A stretch of DNA of 37,822 nucleotides, taken from Deferribacterales bacterium (GTDB lineage: Bacteria; Chrysiogenota; Deferribacteres; Deferribacterales; Geovibrionaceae). Under the pieces are notes generated by a model. The model did no database searches, was not told the origin of the DNA, and saw only the letters and a program-made list of their open reading frames with translations. Positions 8,673 through 17,686 of this stretch are shown here, in pieces. The position numbers were made by a program, and so were the translations under genes. Location: NCBI GenBank assembly GCA_050251945.1, contig JBFWLW010000019.1, positions 1 through 37,822 on the forward strand, in the 5' to 3' direction. Position 1 is the stretch's first letter, and every line of letters begins with the position of its first letter.

Positions 8673-10406
8673 ATGAACAGCAGATTTAAACGAATATACC
8701 AATATTTCAAACCGAACAGAAAAAAGATAATCTTTGCGCTGATAGCGTCCGCCTTTGTTTCGGCAACCGACGGCGCGACGGCATACATAGTCAAACACGT
8801 TCTGGACGATATCTTCATCGCGAAAAAAGAGGATATGCTCCGTCTTATCCCCGTCATCATCGTAGTAATGTACACCTTCCGGTGCGGTGCGCGTTTCATT
8901 CAGGTGCACCAGATGCAGTACGCGGCTCAGATGGCAGTCAAAAAACTGCGTGAAGAGCTTTATGCGAAGATGATTTATCTGCCCATGCGATATTATGACA
9001 GCAACGAGACGGGAACTATGATGGCGCGCATCATCAGTGATGCGAACAACATGCAGAATGCCATTCCGTCCGCAGTTAAGATATTCCGCGACTCGCTTTC
9101 CGTACTTTTTCTAATAGGCGTTGTGCTTTATCAGGATTTTAAGATGGGCTCAACCATCTTTATCGCCCTGCCTTTCATGCTTTTTCTTATTAAGAAATCC
9201 GGCAGGATGATAAAAAAATACAGCCGCAAAGAGCAGGAGCAGGTGGGCGTTGTTTCATCCGCGCTTCAGGAGAGTTTCACAGGAGTTAAGGTCGTTAAGG
9301 CTTTCGCTTCCGAAGACCGCGAAATAAATAAATTCATACGCCTGAACAATCAGGAAGTGCATTATAAACTGAAAAAACTTGCCATCACGGCTTTCAGCTC
9401 GCCTATGATGGAGACCATAGCAGGGTTTGCAGTTGCCGGAATTATATTTTACGGCGGTTTCGAGGTCATAAACGGCAACACCACGCCCGGTACGTTCTTC
9501 TCGTTCGTAACGGCGTTCGGACTTATGTTCGAGCCTTTTAAAAAGATAATCGGCGACAACACCACCGTGCAGACGGCGTTTGCGTCTGCCGACAGGATAT
9601 TTGAACTTCTGGACGAGCAGAACGAGATGCTGGACAACGACGGAACCCTTGAGTGTGACGCGGAGGGCAAAGAGATACGTTTTGATAACGTTTTCTTCAA
9701 ATATCAGACGGGTGAGGATATTGTCCTCAACGGCATGAACCTCACTGTTGAACCGGGTATGACTGTTGCGCTGGTGGGTGCCAGCGGTGCGGGTAAAAGT
9801 ACCATTGCGGCTCTGATACCCAGATTCTATGACGTTACGGACGGGCGTATAACCATCGGCGGAACTGACATCCGCGAGTTCAGCCTGAACTCCCTGCGCC
9901 GCAACATAGGCATAGTTTCGCAGGAACCTTTTCTGTTCAACGAAACGGTTAAAAACAATATAGCTTACGGCGTTGAGGGTGCGGATATGGAAAAGATACG
10001 TTCCGCGGCGGACAGCGCATATGCAACAGGGTTCATAAACGAGCTTACCGACGGTTTCGACACTGTTATCGGCGAGCGGGGCGACAGGCTTTCGGGCGGT
10101 CAGAAACAGAGACTGACCATCGCGCGGGCGCTTCTGATGAACCCGCCTATACTGATACTCGACGAGGCGACAAGCGCTCTGGACACAGAATCGGAACGCA
10201 TCGTTCAGCAGGCGCTCACTAACCTTATGAAAGGAAGAACAAGCTTTGTGATAGCTCACAGGCTTTCAACCATAGTTAATGCGGACATGATAGTCGTCCT
10301 TGACAGAGGGCGAGTGATGGCGACCGGAAAACACAGCGAACTCCTTAAAAGCAGTGATATTTATTCAAATCTTTGCCGTCTCCAGTTCGGAAGCGTCGGG
10401 GATTAA
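8673..10406 (+). CDS. msbA: MsbA-like ABC exporter (TMD plus NBD), probable lipid A flippase
   Basis: ABC transmembrane region, Walker A GASGAGKST, LSGGQKQR, ILILDEATSALD, IAHRLST. Start set at MNSRFK because the 8571 ATG lies at the REP doublet. The msbA symbol rests on family resemblance only. Confidence 0.8.
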   Translation: MNSRFKRIYQYFKPNRKKIIFALIASAFVSATDGATAYIVKHVLDDIFIAKKEDMLRLIPVIIVVMYTFRCGARFIQVHQMQYAAQMAVKKLREELYAKMIYLPMRYYDSNETGTMMARIISDANNMQNAIPSAVKIFRDSLSVLFLIGVVLYQDFKMGSTIFIALPFMLFLIKKSGRMIKKYSRKEQEQVGVVSSALQESFTGVKVVKAFASEDREINKFIRLNNQEVHYKLKKLAITAFSSPMMETIAGFAVAGIIFYGGFEVINGNTTPGTFFSFVTAFGLMFEPFKKIIGDNTTVQTAFASADRIFELLDEQNEMLDNDGTLECDAEGKEIRFDNVFFKYQTGEDIVLNGMNLTVEPGMTVALVGASGAGKSTIAALIPRFYDVTDGRITIGGTDIREFSLNSLRRNIGIVSQEPFLFNETVKNNIAYGVEGADMEKIRSAADSAYATGFINELTDGFDTVIGERGDRLSGGQKQRLTIARALLMNPPILILDEATSALDTESERIVQQALTNLMKGRTSFVIAHRLSTIVNADMIVVLDRGRVMATGKHSELLKSSDIYSNLCRLQFGSVGD

Positions 10407-10411
10407 TCACT

Positions 10412-10440
10412 TTGACAAAAGTGCGGGGCGGTGGTAGCGT
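10412..10440 (+). promoter_or_regulatory. Putative sigma70 promoter for the lysA-dap operon
   Basis: TTGACA-17 bp-TAGCGT with an extended TG, about 50 bp upstream of lysA. Confidence 0.5.
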
Positions 10441-10490
10441 TCAGAATACTTTTGCAGGATTTTGATATACGGTGATTTTCGGGAGCCTTA

Positions 10491-11750
10491 ATGGATTATT
10501 TCACTTATCAAAACGGAACAATGTACTGTGAGGATACCTCTCTTGAGCAGATAGCCTCTGAGATCGGTACTCCTTTTTATGTCTACAGCGCAAAATCATT
10601 TTCAGACAGTTTCAGCACGTTCAGCAATGCCTTTGAAGGACGCGAAAAGATAATCTGCTTTGCGGTCAAATCATGCCCTAATATCGGCATTTTGAGCCTT
10701 CTGGCGTCACTTGGCGCGGGTGCGGACATAGTTTCCGGCGGCGAGCTTGACAGAGCGCTTAATGCGGGAGTTAAACCGCAGAAAATAGTTTTTGCCGGGG
10801 TTGGCAAAACAAGGCAGGAGATACGCGAGGCGCTTGAGGCGGGCATACTTATGTTCAACGCCGAATCCGCGCAGGAGCTTGACGTTCTCAATGACGAAGC
10901 CGGAAAACTGGGCAAACGCGCAAGGATAGCTATCCGCGTGAACCCCAACGTTGACCCGAAGACACATCCGTATATCTCCACAGGGCTTAAAAAAAATAAA
11001 TTCGGAATATCCGTGGAGACCGTGCGGGAACAGTTCAGATACGCCGCAGGGCTTGACAGTCTTGAGGTTGAGGGTGTTCACTGCCACATCGGGTCACAGC
11101 TTACGGACGTTTCCCCGTTTGCTGATGCCGCAAAGATTATGGTAAGCCTTATTAAAGACTTGCGGGCTGACGGAATTAATATAAAATATCTGGACATGGG
11201 CGGAGGTCTCGGCATAACATATAATGACGAGATTGCACCTAAACATGAAGATTACGCCGCGGCGATACTGGATGCCGTCGGCGATCTTGACGTAACACTG
11301 ATCTTCGAGCCGGGCAGAAACCTTTCCGGCAACGCAGGAGCGCTTGTCACCCGCGTGCTTTACACGAAAGACACGGGAGCAAAGCATTTCAAAGTTGTCG
11401 ATGCCGCCATGAACGATCTGGCGAGACCGTCCCTTTACGATGCATACCACGGCATACTTCCGGTCAGGGAGACAGAAGACAGGTTAACATGCGATGTGGT
11501 CGGTCCCATCTGCGAAACAGGAGATTTTCTGGCGCGGGACAGGGACATTGCGGATGTGCCTGTGGACGGGCTTTATGCCGTTATGAGCGCAGGAGCGTAC
11601 GGCATGAGCATGGCTAGCAACTATAATTCCCGCCCGAGAGCTGCGGAAGTTCTTGTGACAGGCGGAAAGTATTATATAATAAGACGAAGAGAAACCTATG
11701 CTGATCTGACCGGACCTGAATCGGTTCCGGCATTTCTGAGGAACAGGTAA
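10491..11750 (+). CDS. lysA: Diaminopimelate decarboxylase
   Basis: GTPFYVYS, FAVKS (PLP lysine), HPYISTG..NKFG, HCHIGSQ, EPGR, GPICETGD, MASNYNSRP. Confidence 0.97.
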   Translation: MDYFTYQNGTMYCEDTSLEQIASEIGTPFYVYSAKSFSDSFSTFSNAFEGREKIICFAVKSCPNIGILSLLASLGAGADIVSGGELDRALNAGVKPQKIVFAGVGKTRQEIREALEAGILMFNAESAQELDVLNDEAGKLGKRARIAIRVNPNVDPKTHPYISTGLKKNKFGISVETVREQFRYAAGLDSLEVEGVHCHIGSQLTDVSPFADAAKIMVSLIKDLRADGINIKYLDMGGGLGITYNDEIAPKHEDYAAAILDAVGDLDVTLIFEPGRNLSGNAGALVTRVLYTKDTGAKHFKVVDAAMNDLARPSLYDAYHGILPVRETEDRLTCDVVGPICETGDFLARDRDIADVPVDGLYAVMSAGAYGMSMASNYNSRPRAAEVLVTGGKYYIIRRRETYADLTGPESVPAFLRNR

Positions 11751-11756
11751 AAATAT

Positions 11757-12575
11757 ATGAGAAAAATCCCTTTCTACAAAATGAGCGGTTCCGGAAACGA
11801 CTTCATTATTATTGACAACAGAGACGGAAAACTGGGCGGCATCAACCTTGTTGATTTCGTTGTGAAGACTTGCGCCCGCTGTGTTTCAGTTGGTGCGGAC
11901 GGTCTTTTTCTGATTGAGGCTCCGAAACAGGGGACGGATTTTTCATGGCAGTTTTTCAATTCCGACGGCTCCGTTGCGGAGATGTGCGGAAACGGCTCCC
12001 GCTGTGCGGCACGCTTCGCTTACCTTAACGGTATTGCGGGCGAAAAGATGTCTTTCGAGACGCTTGCGGGAATTATCGAGGCGGAGATCAAGGCTGAACC
12101 TGACGTGAAAGTGCGCATGACTCAGCCGTTTGACTATAAAGAGTCCTACACCCTTGACGTTAAGGGTGAAAAAATGGAAGTGAACAGCGTTAACACGGGG
12201 GTTCCCCACTGCGTTGTTTTCTCCGACGACGTTGAGAGTGCGGATATAATAAAATACGGTCCCGCTCTGCGCTATCACGAATATTACGCGCCCAAAGGAA
12301 CAAACGTGAACTTCTGCGGCGTGGACAACAACGGACATCTCAGGGTGAGAACCTATGAGAGAGGGGTTGAAGGCGAAACTATGGCTTGCGGAACGGGTTC
12401 CGTTGCATGTGCCATGTTCGCCGTATCTAAAGGACTTTTGAAAAGCCCCGTCACCATAAAGACAACCAGCGGCAAGCTGCTTAAGGTTTATCTTGAAGGT
12501 GACAAGGTGTATCTGGAGGGCGAAGCCAGAGTTATATACACGGGCGAACTGACAGAAGAAGCTGTAAATTATTGA
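11757..12575 (+). CDS. dapF: Diaminopimelate epimerase
   Basis: KMSGSGNDF, NSDGS.AEMCGNG.RC, GVPH, TNVNF, RTYERGVEGETMACGTG. Confidence 0.97.
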   Translation: MRKIPFYKMSGSGNDFIIIDNRDGKLGGINLVDFVVKTCARCVSVGADGLFLIEAPKQGTDFSWQFFNSDGSVAEMCGNGSRCAARFAYLNGIAGEKMSFETLAGIIEAEIKAEPDVKVRMTQPFDYKESYTLDVKGEKMEVNSVNTGVPHCVVFSDDVESADIIKYGPALRYHEYYAPKGTNVNFCGVDNNGHLRVRTYERGVEGETMACGTGSVACAMFAVSKGLLKSPVTIKTTSGKLLKVYLEGDKVYLEGEARVIYTGELTEEAVNY

Positions 12576-12602
12576 CAAAGAATATATACCGGAGGAATTC
12601 CA

Positions 12603-13475
12603 ATGTTTGAAGGCAGTATTGTTGCCATTGCTACACCTTTTAAAAACGATCAGGTCGATGAAGAGTCTCTGAGGAATCTGGTGGAATACCAGATTGCTAA
12701 AGGCACGGACGGCATAGTCCCGTGCGGAACCACAGGCGAATCTGCTACACTGACCCACGAAGAGCATTGCAGAGTTATCGACATAGTTATAGACCAGACG
12801 AAAAAACGTGTTCCGGTTATCGCCGGTTCAGGTTCAAATTCCACACATGAGACAGTGTTTCTTACTGAACATGCTAAAAAAGCAGGTGCAGACGGTGCGC
12901 TTATCATTACTCCTTACTACAATAAACCCACTCAGGAAGGGCTTTATCAGCACTTCAAATACGTTGCCGAAAGAGTGGACATCCCGATAGTTATGTATAA
13001 CGTTCCCGGCAGAACATCCGTTAACATGCTGCCCGACACTGTTGTCCGCCTTTCTAAAATCCCAAACATCGTCGCTATTAAAGAGGCGAGCGGTTCTATG
13101 GATCAGGCTGGTGCAATACTCGGTAACGCAGAGAAGGGCTTCGGATTGTTCGCAGGCGAAGACTCACTTTACTATCCGCTTATGTGCATCGGCGCAAGCG
13201 GGGTCATCTCCGCATCTGTCAACGTTTGCCCCGCGGAAGCCGCAGCTCTTTACGACGCTTTCGTTGCAGGCGATATGAAGACCGCGAGGGAACTGCACTT
13301 TAAACTGCTGCCCCTTTTCAACGCCCTGTTCCTTGAAACGAACCCCATCCCCGTTAAAAAAGCACTGGAGATGATGGGACTTATCGGACCTGAGATCCGC
13401 CTTCCCCTTATTTCCATGACGGAAGCCGGAACTGCGAAACTTACCGCTGTCATGAAACAGGTCGGCATTATATGA
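12603..13475 (+). CDS. dapA: 4-hydroxy-tetrahydrodipicolinate synthase
   Basis: GTTGESATL, TPYYNKPTQEG, YNVPGRT, IKEASG, ETNPIPVK. Confidence 0.97.
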   Translation: MFEGSIVAIATPFKNDQVDEESLRNLVEYQIAKGTDGIVPCGTTGESATLTHEEHCRVIDIVIDQTKKRVPVIAGSGSNSTHETVFLTEHAKKAGADGALIITPYYNKPTQEGLYQHFKYVAERVDIPIVMYNVPGRTSVNMLPDTVVRLSKIPNIVAIKEASGSMDQAGAILGNAEKGFGLFAGEDSLYYPLMCIGASGVISASVNVCPAEAAALYDAFVAGDMKTARELHFKLLPLFNALFLETNPIPVKKALEMMGLIGPEIRLPLISMTEAGTAKLTAVMKQVGII

Positions 13476-14272
13476 CGAGAATAGCAATGGTCGGTGCGGC
13501 AGGTAAAATGGGACGCCGCATCATAGCTCTTATTAACGAAGACGAAAGATGCACCGTTTCCGGCGCTCTGGAACACTCCGCGTGTCCCTTTCTGGGTCAC
13601 GACGCAGGAGAGGTTGCAGGCATCGGGAAAATAGGTGTTAAAATAACATCCGATATGCAGGAAGCCCTTGGCGATTGCGACGCTTTTATAGATTTTACAG
13701 GCGCAGAGGTGACAATGAAAAACCTTGATGCCTATGCAAAGGTCGGAAAGCCGGTGGTTATCGGAAGCACGGGGCTTAGCGCCGCACAGACCGAAGAGGT
13801 CAGAAAACTAGGCGAAAAGATTCCCGTTCTGTTCTCGCCTAACATGAGCCTCGGGGTAAACCTCACCTTTAAGGTGCTTGAGATGGTTGCGAAGGCTATC
13901 GGCGAAAGATATGACATCGAAATAGTGGAATCCCACCACAGGCTGAAAAAGGACGCACCCAGCGGCACAGCCATGAAGATGGGCGAAGTTATTGCGAACG
14001 TTCTTGGCAGGGATATCGAAAAGGACGGCGCATACTGCCGCCACGGTATCATCGGACCCAGAACCGACAGAGAGATCGGTATGCAGACCATTCGCGCGGG
14101 GGACATCGTCGGTGAGCACACCGTAATGTTCTGCGGACAGGGCGAGCGCATCGAGATAACCCACAGGGCGCACACCAGAGACACATTCGCAAACGGAGCC
14201 ATCTCCGCGGCGGTGTGGGTTGCCGGCAAGCCCAGCGGGTTTTACAACATGTTCGACGTTTTAGGGTTATAA
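13472..14272 (+). CDS. dapB: 4-hydroxy-tetrahydrodipicolinate reductase
   Basis: GAAGKMG, IDFT, PNMSLGVN, ESHHRLKKDAPSGTA, RAGDIVGEH. Confidence 0.97.
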   Translation: MTRIAMVGAAGKMGRRIIALINEDERCTVSGALEHSACPFLGHDAGEVAGIGKIGVKITSDMQEALGDCDAFIDFTGAEVTMKNLDAYAKVGKPVVIGSTGLSAAQTEEVRKLGEKIPVLFSPNMSLGVNLTFKVLEMVAKAIGERYDIEIVESHHRLKKDAPSGTAMKMGEVIANVLGRDIEKDGAYCRHGIIGPRTDREIGMQTIRAGDIVGEHTVMFCGQGERIEITHRAHTRDTFANGAISAAVWVAGKPSGFYNMFDVLGL

Positions 14273-14278
14273 GAGAAT

Positions 14279-15286
14279 ATGAGACTGCTTCGTTACTCCG
14301 CCGGAGGCGGGGCAGTCTTTTTTATTCCCGCTCTTTCGTTTCTGTTCTTTTTCCTTTCTTTAACAGCCGCGGCATTCAATTCCGGAATCAGATATTTTTC
14401 TCTACCCTATCATGGACACGATTTTGAATACTCCCTCTGGTACCCGACGAAACAGGCTGAAACAAAACACGAATTCGGGCTTTATGAGATATCTGCGGCA
14501 AAGGATGCTCCTGTGTCCACTGATGTCAAAGGGGTTGTCGTTCTTGCCCACGGTTTCGGCGGGAATATGTACGGACAGCACGACACGGCGGAATATCTTG
14601 CCCGAAACGGTTATGCAGTCGTAACGCTCACATATCCCGACATGTGGGGACTGAAACAGAGAGAAGCCGTTTTTCACCCTGTTCATCTCAGACCAAAGCT
14701 GTCTGTGCTGGCACTTGATAACCTCAGAAAATCGGGAACTGTTAACCCGAAGGCTTTCAGAAACATATACGTAGCGGGCTTTTCGATGGGAGGCTACACT
14801 GCGGCGGTACTTGCGGGCGGTAAGGTCGATCTTGGCTTGCTGAAAAGCTTCTGCGGAAGACCTGATGCGCCGATACTCCTCTGTTTGCCGGGGAACAAGC
14901 AAAAACTTGCAAAACTCAAAAACGCCGATATAAACCTTACGCTGCCGAATCTGCGTGCGGCTGTTCTTATGGCGCCTGCATATGGTGTACTGTCCGGCAA
15001 GGATTCGTTTAAAGACGTAAAAATTACTGTCTCAGTCTATGCGGCGGAATTCGATTCCGTGGTCACAGGCGATAAGAACGCTCTCTATGTTGCATCCATC
15101 ATCCCTGATAAAACGCTGACAGTTATAAAAAATGCAGACCACATGGTGTTTATCTCTCCTTGTGCGGAAAGCAAACTCGAAAAGTTCTATGACCTGTGTG
15201 AAGATGACGAGAGTGTGGACAGAGCAGGCGTTCACGTAAAGATGAACAAAGACATATTGCATCTCTTTGACAATTCACTGCAATAA
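14279..15286 (+). CDS. Secreted alpha/beta hydrolase (dienelactone hydrolase-like)
   Basis: Signal-like N-terminus, HGFGG, nucleophile elbow GFSMGG, Asp in FDSV, His in DHMVF. Confidence 0.85.
   Translation: MRLLRYSAGGGAVFFIPALSFLFFFLSLTAAAFNSGIRYFSLPYHGHDFEYSLWYPTKQAETKHEFGLYEISAAKDAPVSTDVKGVVVLAHGFGGNMYGQHDTAEYLARNGYAVVTLTYPDMWGLKQREAVFHPVHLRPKLSVLALDNLRKSGTVNPKAFRNIYVAGFSMGGYTAAVLAGGKVDLGLLKSFCGRPDAPILLCLPGNKQKLAKLKNADINLTLPNLRAAVLMAPAYGVLSGKDSFKDVKITVSVYAAEFDSVVTGDKNALYVASIIPDKTLTVIKNADHMVFISPCAESKLEKFYDLCEDDESVDRAGVHVKMNKDILHLFDNSLQ
14282..14323 (+). terminator. REP-related hairpin plus T tract after dapB (possible terminator)
   Basis: AGACTGCTTCG...CGGGGCAGTCT stem (with G-U pairs) followed by TTTTT. 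It overlaps the start of the next ORF. Confidence 0.5.
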
Positions 15287-15365
15287 CGCTATTACACAGG
15301 TTAAATTAAACATCCATCTTAAAAGCCCTTTTAAATCAATTCGTTATGCAATAAAAAAATAATGA

Positions 15366-15412
15366 TGTAAACAATATTTACATATTGAATTAACAACGCC
15401 CCGTTATATGTT
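15366..15412 (+). promoter_or_regulatory. Palindromic operator plus putative promoter
   Basis: TGTAAA-CAATA-TTTACA inverted repeat (15366-15382) directly upstream of TTGAAT-16 bp-TATGTT. Confidence 0.4.
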
Positions 15413-15418
15413 AGTAAT

Positions 15419-15649
15419 CAGAAGATGAGATTAGTCCGATTATAAAGCCAGAATTGGAAAGAAATTTCCCGGACGAAATCATCCGATATATACACCCTGA
15501 AGTTTGTTATTTGCTGTCTTAATTCAAAGACAAGGGAGGAAGCAAATGTGATTTGCAGTGCAGCTAAGGGTGCCTGTGGACACAGGAGATTCTGCCCGGT
15601 TATGGGCAAACAAAAAGGCGGAGGTCCTGAAACCTCCGCCAATTTTTTT
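15419..15649 (+). ncRNA. Candidate small RNA made of serial short hairpins
   Basis: Five short hairpins between a putative promoter and a strong intrinsic terminator, several GGA motifs, and no convincing ORF. Confidence 0.35.
15612..15649. terminator. Intrinsic terminator, possibly bidirectional
   Basis: AAAAA-GGCGGAGGT-cctgaa-ACCTCCGCC-aa-TTTTTTT. Confidence 0.85.
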
Positions 15650-15741
15650 GTTTAATAAGGCATTTAAAAAATTACATATGTGTAACTTTTTAATAACCCG
15701 AAACAACGGCAAAGTCTGTGTTTCGCTCACACTCCATCTTT

Positions 15742-15912
15742 TAGAGTACTTGACTTAAGTTATGTCGCATACTGAAAGACGAGATTGCTTCACCCCTAAA
15801 GGGGTTCGCAAAGACGAATAGAAAGCCCGTCTTCGCGAGGAGCACAGCGACGACGCGATCCCGCATTTATCTTATTGCACGGCATATGACATCTATTTCG
15901 CTAAATGCTCTA
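15742..15912. mobile_element. 171-bp non-autonomous MITE-like element with IS630-type ends
   Basis: Both ends begin TAGAG and resemble the IS630 right end at 61-93 (by hand about 23/30 and 24/29 identities). TA lies at both termini and there is no ORF inside. Confidence 0.65.
15781..15861. repeat. Inverted doublet of CGTC-type REP palindromes inside the MITE
   Basis: GAGATTGCTTCACCCCTAAAGGGGTTCGCAAAGACG and CGTCTTCGCGAGGAGCACAGCGACGACGCGATCC. Confidence 0.82.
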
Positions 15913-15969
15913 GTAATAAATCACTAAAAATTGTTTCTGTGAGCCACATCCTGCGGATTATTTCAGCTA

Positions 15970-17496
15970 TTATACTGTAACTGTTTTAATCAGGTCTTCC
16001 CAACTCATTCCTTCCTCTTTCACATATCCCGTGACGCTTTCGTACCAGACGGTTTTCTGACCTGTTTTTATGTTAAACCAGCGCCAGTCGTGGAGTCTGT
16101 CCAGAAGGAGCGCGGTTTTTCTGCCCATGGCTCCGGAAAGGTGGGCAACCGCTGTGTCGGCAGTTATTACCATATCCAGATTTGCTATTACATTCGCCGT
16201 GTCGGCAAAAGTGCTTATGTGCGGGCGCATATCGGTTATGGACGGGTCAAGAGGTGCGTCGGGTTCCTGTTTTGAGATATAGAAGAGCTTAACGCCCTCT
16301 TTTGAGAGAAGCGGCGAAAAAGCCTCCTGCGGAACGCTGCGGGTTTCGTGTTTAACGTGGGATTTATCGGTCGCAAATGCGATACCTATATTTTTGACGG
16401 ATCTGTCGAAAAGGCGTGCAGTCTTTTCTCCGTCCGCTTTAAGGTATGCATCGGCATGTGTCATGGATTTCGCTCTGATATTAAGTACCAGCGGCAGGCT
16501 TAAAAGCGGCGAGTGGCAGTTGAATGATTCATAGTTTTCGGCGACGACCGTTACTTTTTCCGGCATATTTGCGGCTGTCAGGGAGACGAGTTCCGGCTGA
16601 ACGCGCAGAATTATCCTTTCCGGATTATACTTTTCAAGGTCGAGGACGAAGCGGACGAACATCAGAGTGTCTCCGAAGCCTCCCAGCCCCTCTTTTTCGT
16701 CATAGATATATATGGTCTTACCCTTGAGGTCTGTGCCGCGCCAGAGGTTTTTTTCATCCCCCTGCATGATGTGCGGAAGGTGCTTAAGGCGCGATTCAAG
16801 AAGCTGAAAACCTTTACGGAAATCCTTGTTGCGCAGTGTTATGAGTGCCAGATCGACCTTTTCCCTGTGCATGTCCGGTTTACCGGCGGTGAGTTTGCTC
16901 AGCATGGCGGCGGCAGTGTTGTATTCGCCTTTTTCATAGAGGCTCTGTGCGCATCCGCGCAGTGCGTCGGGGTTGTCCGGAGAAATGCCAAGTGCCGCTA
17001 TGAAACATTCGCTTGCGTCGTCGTATTCTTCAAGGGTCAGAAACAGCCTGCCCACGTTTATTATGGTGTTGATGTTTTTAGGGTTTATGTCAAGAGAACG
17101 TGAAAAATAGAGCTTTGCGGAATCGTAATCGCCGCGTGCTTTGCAGATGAGTGCAAGGTTTGCGTATGCGTCCGCCTGATTCGGGTTTATGACTATGGCG
17201 TTGCGGATGTAGTATTCCGCCTGATCGAACATACCGTTCTGTCTGTAGATTTCACCGAGGTTATTGCTGTAATCAGCGTTCTTCGGGTCAAGCTCCAGCG
17301 CTTTTTTAAGGCACGTTTCCGCCTCGAAATGATTCCTTTTGGCGTATTGTATCATCCCAAGATAAAACCATGCTTCCGCCGCGTGAGGTTTGACCTCTAA
17401 AACTGTTCTGTAGAGCTTTTCTGCGGCGTCGAGCTTTCCCTCTTTGTGGTACTGCATTGCCACATGGAGTATCTGTTCGGGTGTTGCGTTCTGCAT
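15970..17496 (-). CDS. TPR-containing glycosyltransferase-like protein (GT-B/GT9-like C-terminus)
   Basis: About 6-7 TPRs, then WRG..L.GK, GFGDTLMFVRF, PLLSLP, FADTA..I.NLD.VITADTAVAHLSGAMG, DWRW. Start placed at MQNATPEQ; the ORF is open from 17532. Confidence 0.88.
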   Translation of the reverse strand: MQNATPEQILHVAMQYHKEGKLDAAEKLYRTVLEVKPHAAEAWFYLGMIQYAKRNHFEAETCLKKALELDPKNADYSNNLGEIYRQNGMFDQAEYYIRNAIVINPNQADAYANLALICKARGDYDSAKLYFSRSLDINPKNINTIINVGRLFLTLEEYDDASECFIAALGISPDNPDALRGCAQSLYEKGEYNTAAAMLSKLTAGKPDMHREKVDLALITLRNKDFRKGFQLLESRLKHLPHIMQGDEKNLWRGTDLKGKTIYIYDEKEGLGGFGDTLMFVRFVLDLEKYNPERIILRVQPELVSLTAANMPEKVTVVAENYESFNCHSPLLSLPLVLNIRAKSMTHADAYLKADGEKTARLFDRSVKNIGIAFATDKSHVKHETRSVPQEAFSPLLSKEGVKLFYISKQEPDAPLDPSITDMRPHISTFADTANVIANLDMVITADTAVAHLSGAMGRKTALLLDRLHDWRWFNIKTGQKTVWYESVTGYVKEEGMSWEDLIKTVTV

Positions 17497-17629
17497 TTTC
17501 ACGTCCGTTTGTCGTTTTTTCAAAGATAGCACAAGTATACCCGTAAGACAAATGGTAGAAAAAAGGTCATACTTTATAATTACTATTAATAAATATAATT
17601 TCTATATATACGGAATTATTTTGTTGGTG

Positions 17630-17658
17630 TTTACTGACATATGCTCAGGTGATATAAT
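17630..17658 (+). promoter_or_regulatory. Putative sigma70 promoter
   Basis: TTTACT-17 bp-TATAAT with an extended TG. A strong RBS (AAGGAGG) precedes the 17687 ATG. Confidence 0.55.
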
Positions 17659-17686
17659 ATGGAAGAGTACTTAAAGGAGGCAGATT

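Noticed and set aside
9255..10259. Long antisense ORF (also 11943-12767, 35802-36479, 7877-8548 and similar)
   Set aside because: These are shadows of well-supported genes on the opposite strand, with no motifs or RBS.
10407..10490. Lysine riboswitch upstream of lysA
   Set aside because: The intergenic region is 84 bp with a promoter inside, too short for the ~170-nt aptamer.
15548..15655. 35-aa Cys-containing peptide (GTG start, MICSAAKGACGHRRFCP...) after a strong SD
   Set aside because: Its stop lies beyond the intrinsic terminator and I recognise no family. Kept only as an alternative to the sRNA interpretation.
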